Origin: Nitrosopumilaceae archaeon | GTDB taxonomy: Archaea > Thermoproteota > Nitrososphaeria > Nitrososphaerales > Nitrosopumilaceae | Direction: 5' to 3' | NCBI GenBank assembly: GCA_052389415.1 | Contig: JBQTHX010000012.1 | Span: forward strand, 1 to 13,311 | DNA: 13,311 nucleotides | Program-made: the position numbers and the translations under genes | The notes under the pieces: generated by a model | Databases searched by the model: none | What the model was told of the DNA's origin: nothing | The model's input: only the letters and a program-made list of their open reading frames with translations | Shown: positions 6,868-13,311 of the stretch, piece by piece | Layout: each line of letters opens with the position of its first letter | Numbering within the stretch: the first letter of the stretch is position 1

Positions 6868-6990
6868 CTATGAAGAAGCTATCTGAATAGGCTGTGCACT
6901 GTGTTTTGAAAGATCTTTATGTATTACCGCATGTGATTCTTGTTTGAATGTCAAGTTACATGCATAACATTTCCAAGCTGTCATACTCAT
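6868..6990 (-). CDS. Single C2H2-type zinc-finger microprotein, 40 aa (not in ORF track)
   Basis: Manual translation MSMTAWKCYACNLTFKQESHAVIHKDLSKHSAQPIQIASS* shows C-x2-C-x3-F-x8-H-x5-H spacing. A strong TATA box lies upstream. Confidence 0.85.
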   Translation of the reverse strand: MSMTAWKCYACNLTFKQESHAVIHKDLSKHSAQPIQIASS

Positions 6991-7008
6991 ACTATTGTAA
7001 TATTATTT

Positions 7009-7020
7009 TTTATATATAAA
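7009..7020 (-). promoter_or_regulatory. TATA box of the C2H2 microprotein gene
   Basis: TTTATATATAAA lies 19-30 nt upstream of the minus-strand ATG at 6990. Confidence 0.6.
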
Positions 7021-7042
7021 ATCCGCGTAGAAATTATTCTTT

Positions 7043-7738
7043 CTACTTTCTTAATTCGTTGTCTACCGCATCTGCCATTGAGTCAAGATCATCAAAACTT
7101 CCAAATTTTTGGTATGTTAATCTTTCCAAAGTTTGCAGGACACTTTTTACTGCACGATATTGTGGTATTTGTGGATCGTTTATCTCTCCATACAATCCTA
7201 TGCCCTGAATGCCATTTGATTTTGCAAGGCCCAAAATCAGACCATTAAATCCTGTTATCAATGACTGTTGAGGAGTTATGTCTACACCAAGATTGCTTAG
7301 TTGACGAGTTAGCTCAGGTGAGGTAGTTGTCACAAAACTGCGCGGACTCTTTCCCAAAATTTTGTTTGTGTGAAAGGCACCAAGCGTATAGATTAACTTG
7401 ACCTCATATTTTTTGGCAACATCGATTACATCTTGGCAAAGTTTGTAGAGATCCTCGTGATTTTCTGGTTGACCTCTTCCACCTCCAAACACCAAAACAT
7501 CCTTTCCGTATCGATACTCCCACTTTTCTTGAAAATACTCGATATGACCTCCCTTGTCAACCACGTAAGGAGGAAAAGAAGATGTTACATAACGAAACAG
7601 GCGTGTGTGTAGATATTCATTGATGACATCTATTGCTGTGTTGCCAACATTTCCCATGTCTTGCATGGCAGCTATCGCTATGGGTTTTTTCAAATTTGGT
7701 TCTTCTACCTGGACAAATTCCATATCTGCATTTTGCAT
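7043..7738 (-). CDS. PAC2-family proteasome assembly chaperone-like protein
   Basis: DMGNVG, GQP, IYTLGAF, ITGFNGLILG.A...GI.GIGLYGE motifs. The start may be ATG 7723 (MEFVQ). Confidence 0.88.
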   Translation of the reverse strand: MQNADMEFVQVEEPNLKKPIAIAAMQDMGNVGNTAIDVINEYLHTRLFRYVTSSFPPYVVDKGGHIEYFQEKWEYRYGKDVLVFGGGRGQPENHEDLYKLCQDVIDVAKKYEVKLIYTLGAFHTNKILGKSPRSFVTTTSPELTRQLSNLGVDITPQQSLITGFNGLILGLAKSNGIQGIGLYGEINDPQIPQYRAVKSVLQTLERLTYQKFGSFDDLDSMADAVDNELRK

Positions 7739-7769
7739 TAGACGTAAATAATTCTTGGGTAGGGAAAAA

Positions 7770-9509
7770 TCATTTTCGTATTACTTGATACACTGAACCA
7801 TACTCTTGTGTGTCTGCCCCTGTTACCAATCTGTAATTGTACAAATCAAAGGATTTTACCATTTCATACAATGCTTCATCTATGACCAAACCATTTGGTG
7901 GTGAGAATCGGTTTATCTTGGCGCACCTGTTTACAGTAGAACCAAAAATGTCATCTATTGCTGAAGTGGCAATTTTTGCGACTCGTACCGTACCATATGT
8001 TGCACTGATTCTATAATCAAATGGCGGTAATCCTTCCTGTTGCATCTTTTTGCTTATGTGTGAATTAAGCTCACCAATTTTCAAACAGCCTTCTAATGCA
8101 TTCTTTATGACATTGATATCTTTTGTGTTAGTCCTTGGAAAATAAAACAGTAATGCATCTCCAATATTTTTTACTACAATGCCACCATTATCACCAATCC
8201 ATATCGCCATGGAATTAAGGAAGATACTATAGAATTTGCTAGACTGTAAATCAGTCATATTGGCGGTAAGCTTGGTAGATCCTATGACATCCAAAAAACA
8301 AACAAAATAATTTTCACTCTGCTCCGAAAATTGTAACAACACGTCCTGTTGCTGTTTTATAATGTCTTCTCTTTGTCTAATTGCAATCAATGATTCCTGT
8401 ATCTTTTTTGCCATGGCATCAAAAGAGATAGAAAGCTGGCCGATTTCGTCACTCCTAATTATGTTAGTCCTTGTCTCAAAGTTGCCTTTAGCAATCTCAT
8501 TTGCAGCATCACGTAATTTTATTAACGGTCCAGAGAGCCGCTTTGATAAGAAAAAGGCAAGTATTACCATTACGACTATTATTATAACCCCGGCAAAGAA
8601 AATCTTATTTTGAAGATTTTGTAGCGGTTCAAATGTTTCTGACTCGTCTTTTTCTGCAAGTAATACAAATCCCAGATCCTTTGCACAATAAGAATAGCTG
8701 TAGATTGGTACTCCTCTATAATCAATATACAAACCACCGATACTATCGCCTGATTCAAAACATGTTGATACGGGCAAAGTGTTTACTATTTGATTAAACA
8801 CTGCATCTTTTACAAACCTTGATTCTGAGATCATCAGATGATCCTTATTTACGAGGTAAACTTCACCTGTATTACCTAATCCACTTCTGGTCAACAAAAT
8901 ATTGTCAAGTTCTACTGTGCTTGTTGTTGCAATTAAGACCCCTATCGGCTTTTTCCCTTCTGTTCCAAAAATCGGAGTAATAATAACCATGATTCGTTCT
9001 CCGTAAGATGTTGGTTCGAGTTCAACAAATGGCTGAGCCAGTCCGCGAACAAACCTAGGGTCTCCTGTAAAGTCTGTTTTTTCCATTCTTCCCAGAGAAA
9101 AATAAACTATACCTTTATCACCAATAATTTTTACATCAGCTAGACCAATTGAATACCCAACCAGTTCACGGAAAGATCTTATCTCGTTAAAAAAATCTTC
9201 CCGCTTTTCATTAACTCTTAAATCAAAATCAGGATCATCTGAGATGTTGTTTAACTCATCAACTATGTTATGTACATTGGGGGCGGTAGCAAGAATTTGA
9301 GCATCTTTGATTCTAGTATAAAATAATGTTCGAACAGATTCGCCTCTTATCTTTGATTCACTTAGGAGTTGGTTTTCAACCCCCTCTTTGAGCGTAATTT
9401 GGGCAAAATTAAAAATTAAAACTGTGACAGTGACAAGAGTAATCGCTGAAACTATCATAACTAGTAAAATTAGCTTTTTATCTAAACTAAATGATAGCCG
9501 TTTTGGCAA
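7770..9509 (-). CDS. Membrane-bound class III adenylate/guanylate cyclase: TM - Cache-like sensor - TM - HAMP - cyclase
   Basis: Two TM helices flank a ~265 aa extracytoplasmic domain (GNTGEVYLVNKD, YIDYRGVPI). HAMP motif PLIKLRDAANEIAKG...DEIGQLSISFDAM. Cyclase motifs FLDVIGST, KNIGDA and DIFGSTVNRCAK. TTG start. Confidence 0.92.
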   Translation of the reverse strand: MPKRLSFSLDKKLILLVMIVSAITLVTVTVLIFNFAQITLKEGVENQLLSESKIRGESVRTLFYTRIKDAQILATAPNVHNIVDELNNISDDPDFDLRVNEKREDFFNEIRSFRELVGYSIGLADVKIIGDKGIVYFSLGRMEKTDFTGDPRFVRGLAQPFVELEPTSYGERIMVIITPIFGTEGKKPIGVLIATTSTVELDNILLTRSGLGNTGEVYLVNKDHLMISESRFVKDAVFNQIVNTLPVSTCFESGDSIGGLYIDYRGVPIYSYSYCAKDLGFVLLAEKDESETFEPLQNLQNKIFFAGVIIIVVMVILAFFLSKRLSGPLIKLRDAANEIAKGNFETRTNIIRSDEIGQLSISFDAMAKKIQESLIAIRQREDIIKQQQDVLLQFSEQSENYFVCFLDVIGSTKLTANMTDLQSSKFYSIFLNSMAIWIGDNGGIVVKNIGDALLFYFPRTNTKDINVIKNALEGCLKIGELNSHISKKMQQEGLPPFDYRISATYGTVRVAKIATSAIDDIFGSTVNRCAKINRFSPPNGLVIDEALYEMVKSFDLYNYRLVTGADTQEYGSVYQVIRK

Positions 9510-9651
9510 TTAACTCGCTGGGTCCTCATTCTTAATTTAATGTTATTCTGCTTATCACTATTGATACACTCAAAATTGTTCTCAATATGGTCTTCTAATT
9601 TTGAGCCAGATTATATTAGATATCTTCATACCTTGGTTATGTGAAGTCTGA

Positions 9652-10875
9652 TTGGCAATAGAATCTCACTTTATTCAAACAATAATTGGTGTTGGGATTT
9701 TGCTTTTTGCTGCCAAGCTTATGGCAGAACTCTTTCATAGATTAAAGCTACCGATTGTTTTGGGGGAACTTCTAGCTGGCATGATTGTGGGTCCATTTGC
9801 TTTTGGCTCGTTGTTTATGTTTGAGGGTCAACCTTTGCTTAAGATAGACGGCGAACTAAGAATCCTTGGAGAAATAGGGGCAATTGTAATCCTTTTCATA
9901 GCAGGACTTGAGGTTACACCAAAAGAATTCTTGCGCGGAGGTAAGGCCTCGTTTGTGGTAGCAACATTTGGAGTTATTTTGCCGTTCTTTGTTGGATTTT
10001 TTGTTTTTGAGATGTTTGGATTTGGAGCATATCAATCAATGCTTATTGCTACAGCTCTTACTGCAACAAGTATTGCAGTTTCAGTGCAAGTTTTACGTGA
10101 ATTTGGAAAACTCCAGACTCCCGAAGCTCGCCTGATTATTGGAGCTGCAATCATAGATGACATTCTTGCTATCGCAGTTTTATCAGTAGTTAGTTCACTT
10201 GGCACTGCAACTGGTGATATTTCTCAGATAGATCCTATTCAGATAATTATTGTAATAGTCCAAGTCCTTGGTTTCTTCGCAATGCTATTGATTGGTTCTT
10301 TAGTAATAATCCCAAGGATTGTTGCAAGAAAAATATGGAAGGCAGAGGGAAGTGTTGAAGCGATAGCGACAGCGCTTTTTTTTGGAGCAGCAGCGCTGGC
10401 AGGGATTATAGGACTATCCCCGATTGTTGGTGCCTTTGCTGTAGGAATGGCGTTGTCTTCAAGCAAGGTTTTTGAAAAAATTGAACAATACATAAGCAAA
10501 CTAGGTATAATTTTTGCACCCTTATTTTTTGCGTTTATTGGTGCTCAGGTTGACTTTCGAGGAGTTAATCTTGAGGTCTTGATGCTAAGTGGCTTGATTA
10601 TCGTTATTGCAGTATCCACGAAATTCTTTGGATGTGGGTTGCCTGCCATGCTATTTCTCAAGGATAAAAGAAAATCAATGCAAGTGGGAATAGGAATGAT
10701 TTCAAGAGGGGAAGTGGGATTAATTATTGCAGGAGTTGGTGCAGCTTCAGGAGTTCTCACATCTAATGTATATTCAACTATTGTGATAATGGTTGCAGCA
10801 ACTACAATAATAACTCCTCTTTGGTTAAAATCAAGTTATAAAAAAGAAGGTGCACATAAACCTCAAACGATCTAA
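9652..10875 (+). CDS. Cation:proton antiporter, CPA2 (NapA/Kef-type) family
   Basis: About 12-13 TM helices; PIVLGELLAG, LFIAGLE, ATSIA, AAIIDD and MISRGEVGL motifs. No C-terminal KTN/RCK domain. TTG start. Confidence 0.93.
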   Translation: MAIESHFIQTIIGVGILLFAAKLMAELFHRLKLPIVLGELLAGMIVGPFAFGSLFMFEGQPLLKIDGELRILGEIGAIVILFIAGLEVTPKEFLRGGKASFVVATFGVILPFFVGFFVFEMFGFGAYQSMLIATALTATSIAVSVQVLREFGKLQTPEARLIIGAAIIDDILAIAVLSVVSSLGTATGDISQIDPIQIIIVIVQVLGFFAMLLIGSLVIIPRIVARKIWKAEGSVEAIATALFFGAAALAGIIGLSPIVGAFAVGMALSSSKVFEKIEQYISKLGIIFAPLFFAFIGAQVDFRGVNLEVLMLSGLIIVIAVSTKFFGCGLPAMLFLKDKRKSMQVGIGMISRGEVGLIIAGVGAASGVLTSNVYSTIVIMVAATTIITPLWLKSSYKKEGAHKPQTI

Positions 10876-11024
10876 TCTGTATAACATACACGAGATTTAT
10901 TCTACAAAATTCTATTTCAATAAAGGACATCGAACACAAATAAATTCAATAAAAACCGAAAATAAAATTACAAATGCATATTTGAAGTAACATTCAATTA
11001 AAGTAAAAAAAACAACAACACATC

Positions 11025-11423
11025 ATGGATCTTGACGAAACTATTTTATCAGAATTAGTACGTAATTCTACAAAGCATGAATATCGGATTCATTATCGAA
11101 ATCAAATCTATCCTTTAGAAGATGTCGTGATCACTAATTCTGCAATGCCAGTAAACAGACCTACTACTAGAGGAGGTGTGTATTCTGTAGGTGATACAGA
11201 ATACAAAATTAAGGGTACAACACACGACATGTCTCTTTTACCGCTAATTTCAAAGATGATGCTTGGTCCTAACGAAGAATTTCAGAAAATTCCAGTTCAA
11301 ACAAATATTGAGATTGAAAGGAATGACAAATCTTGCACGCTTTTTACCTATCTAACTGATGCGATGAATAATTCATCAAAAATCGTACTTAATCTGTTAA
11401 TCATAGGTACAAAAATCGAATAA
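11025..11423 (+). CDS. Hypothetical beta-rich protein, 132 aa
   Basis: ATG start, distinctive PVNRPTTRGGVY and MLGPNxEF segments; function not recognised. Confidence 0.75.
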   Translation: MDLDETILSELVRNSTKHEYRIHYRNQIYPLEDVVITNSAMPVNRPTTRGGVYSVGDTEYKIKGTTHDMSLLPLISKMMLGPNEEFQKIPVQTNIEIERNDKSCTLFTYLTDAMNNSSKIVLNLLIIGTKIE

Positions 11424-11501
11424 AACCTTGTTTTAGTAAATGAGAGAGATGTTAGTCCCGAATGTTACAAACATGTTGATTTAATCATCAAATTTCCATA
11501 A

Positions 11502-11792
11502 ATGGTAATGCTAGAGGCAACAGACCTCCAAATCAAAAAAGCGTTAGTAACAATTTCTGTGGAGCAAGCATTGCTTGAGATAGGAACACCTGTACTGGAG
11601 GAAGTCACACGTTCTTTGTATTCTAATTACCATTGTTATATTCCTGACTGTCTGGATCATCCAGAGTATCTTATTACAGTAATCAAAGACCTGTATGGAA
11701 AAGGTTATCTGAATATCGTAAAATCTATTCACAAACATCTTGACGAATTCATTGATCAGAAACCAATTGAAAAATTTCTAATAGCTTTATAA
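11502..11792 (+). CDS. Stand-alone Nitrosopumilus output domain-like (NitrOD-type) protein
   Basis: VEQALLEIG...Y.CYIPDCLDHPEYL..VIKDLYG pattern, recalled as a thaumarchaeal signalling output domain; not verified by search. Confidence 0.65.
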   Translation: MVMLEATDLQIKKALVTISVEQALLEIGTPVLEEVTRSLYSNYHCYIPDCLDHPEYLITVIKDLYGKGYLNIVKSIHKHLDEFIDQKPIEKFLIAL

Positions 11793-11801
11793 TCCGAAAC
11801 C

Positions 11802-11840
11802 AAGTGATAGATGTTGATCTAATCTATCGCTTTGTTGATT
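11802..11840 (+). terminator. Hairpin plus T-rich tail downstream of ORF 11502..11792
   Basis: AAGTGATAGAT-(GTTGATCTA)-ATCTATCGCTT, an 11-bp stem with one U-G pair, starts 10 nt after the stop and is followed by TGTTGATTT. Confidence 0.45.
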
Positions 11841-12051
11841 TCTAGTAATTTGATTATATTTTCAACAATTATTATTGCTGATATGATCATCATGATGTGA
11901 TAAAAATTAGATCAAATCCTAGAATTCTTAACATTATAATCATATGAAATAAAATGTATTATGTAAGGCTTTTTAGTTGAGAAATTCTATGTATGTTGTT
12001 TAATCTTGATTTTCATAACTCTATTATTTTCTAATTCATTAAATCTAATGA

Positions 12052-12855
12052 TTGCAAAGCACTAAGAAATCAAATCTGTTAAAACCCTTGCTCCTTACCT
12101 TGGCAGCTATTGCAATAGCATTTTTAGCTGCAAATTTGATTGGGCAAGAATTGGCAACATCAGTGTCATTATCAATTTATATTCCTGTAACTGTTTCTCT
12201 TGTTGTTTTATCAGTCATTATTTCAAAACGATTTGGAATTAAAGGTGCACATGGAAAAGCTTGGATATTATTTTTAACTTTTGCAGTACTTTGGTTTATT
12301 GCAGAAAGAATTTCATTATACCACAATGTGATATTAGGTGAGGAACTATTTCCATCTGAAGCCGACGCCTTTTGGCTTGCTGGGTATCCATTCTTGTTTT
12401 GCTTCATGTTATGGTATATTAAACCATTAAAATCTACTATCAGAAAAAAAATAATTTTATTTTCCCTAGCAATCTCTGCTTCATTACTAATTCTGTCACT
12501 TTACATAGTGAGTTTTGAAGCCGCGGATTTACCTCCTTTTGAATTAGCTGTCGGTATAGCATACCCGATAGGTGATGCAATTCTCCTGACACCGGCTATA
12601 ATCGGTATTTCATCATTTTTTGGAGGCAAAGTCAACTTACTATGGTCATTGATGTGTATTGCCATCGTAATTGAGGCAATAGCAGATACTGGATTTCTAC
12701 TTGCTACGATCGATGACAACTATTACGAGGGACATCCTGTAGACATACTATTTAATTGGTATTACGTAATATTCTCATTTGGAGTATATCATCACATTAC
12801 TCTGTTTAAGGATCATCGAAAAGATCCTTACAAAAACCTAGAAGAATTAAGATAA
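12052..12855 (+). CDS. Multi-pass (about 8 TM) membrane protein resembling a stand-alone membrane sensor domain
   Basis: FPSEADAFWLAGYP, AYPIGD and IAD motifs resemble the N-terminal TM domains of sensor kinases and diguanylate cyclases. No cytoplasmic output domain. TTG start. Confidence 0.75.
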   Translation: MQSTKKSNLLKPLLLTLAAIAIAFLAANLIGQELATSVSLSIYIPVTVSLVVLSVIISKRFGIKGAHGKAWILFLTFAVLWFIAERISLYHNVILGEELFPSEADAFWLAGYPFLFCFMLWYIKPLKSTIRKKIILFSLAISASLLILSLYIVSFEAADLPPFELAVGIAYPIGDAILLTPAIIGISSFFGGKVNLLWSLMCIAIVIEAIADTGFLLATIDDNYYEGHPVDILFNWYYVIFSFGVYHHITLFKDHRKDPYKNLEELR

Positions 12856-12951
12856 AGTCATAATCCTGAATTGAGAAAAATCCTTTGCTCAAATGCTTGA
12901 TATCTACATCTCCGATAGACTTACTTAGCCCACTAAAATAAACAGAGTTTC

Positions 12952-13311
12952 ATGAGACTAGTTCGACCAAAAAATTATGATATTTTGTTTGAGCCAAATT
13001 TTAGAAATTTTACTTTTACTGGAAAGGAAAGAATTTCACTTGAGGTAGATAAATCAACAAACAAATTAGTTTTGAATTGCAGTGAAATAAAAATAAAAAA
13101 TTGTTTTATTGTTATGAAGGGAAAAACTTTACAAGCCAAATCAAACCTAGATGAAAAAAATGAAGAATTAACTATCGTGATTCGAGAAAAAATCAAGGGC
13201 AAGGTAGATCTCTTCATTGACTTTGTTGGAATTTTAAATGACAAGCTTGTAGGACTGTATCGAAGTCAGTATAAAGACAAGCAAGGTAGAACAAAATTTA
13301 TGGCAACAACT
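12952..13311 (+). CDS. M1-family zinc aminopeptidase, N-terminal domain, 3'-truncated by the window edge (not in ORF track)
   Basis: Manual translation MRLVRPKNYDILFEPNFRNFTFTGKERI...LVLNC..IKI...FVGILNDKLVGLYRSQY...FMATT is open to the window end. PxxY, FxG, GxYRS and ATT motifs match M1 peptidases. Confidence 0.92.
   Translation, partial: MRLVRPKNYDILFEPNFRNFTFTGKERISLEVDKSTNKLVLNCSEIKIKNCFIVMKGKTLQAKSNLDEKNEELTIVIREKIKGKVDLFIDFVGILNDKLVGLYRSQYKDKQGRTKFMATT

Noticed and set aside
6940-7248. + strand 102-aa Cys/His-rich ORF
   Set aside because: Overlaps the PAC2 gene, the C2H2 microprotein and its TATA box in antisense; implausible composition.
8362-10760. ORFs 8362..8613 (+), 10239..10499 (-) and 10545..10760 (-)
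   Set aside because: Antisense shadows of the cyclase and antiporter genes.
11883-11901. ATGATCATCATGATGTGAT low-complexity palindromes and mini-ORF MIIMM*
   Set aside because: Expected from ATC/GAT trinucleotide repetition in AT-rich DNA; no supporting context.
11544-13244. - strand ORFs 11544..11738, 12177..12407, 12501..12719 and 12975..13244
   Set aside because: Antisense shadows. The last lies opposite the M1 aminopeptidase starting at 12952.
1-13311. CRISPR array, IS element, integrase or provirus
   Set aside because: No regularly spaced direct repeats, transposase or integrase motifs, terminal inverted repeats or viral hallmark genes were seen by eye.

Overview
AT-rich archaeal chromosomal segment whose gene set points to an ammonia-oxidising archaeon (Nitrososphaerota/Thaumarchaeota): stand-alone Lrp/AsnC ligand-binding domain, DUF6659-type protein, NitrOD-like domain, PAC2 protein and TATA boxes about 25-30 nt before start codons. 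The taxonomy is an inference from recognised families. Contents: a radical SAM/SPASM-like enzyme, a GYD-domain protein, an Fe/Mn superoxide dismutase, a PAC2-family chaperone, a membrane Cache-HAMP class III nucleotidyl cyclase, a CPA2 cation:proton antiporter, a stand-alone multi-TM sensor-like protein, the 5' end of an M1 aminopeptidase and several hypothetical proteins. Two probable zinc-finger microproteins are missing from the ORF track (1169-1309 +, 6868-6990 -). The most unusual element is a GC-rich, base-paired ~130-nt unit (about 5215-5350) just upstream of the SOD gene. It has its own TATA box, a 9-codon leader ORF and two mutually exclusive folds, and the SOD carries an unusual His30-to-Ile change. 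No CRISPR array, rRNA, tRNA or transposase was seen.
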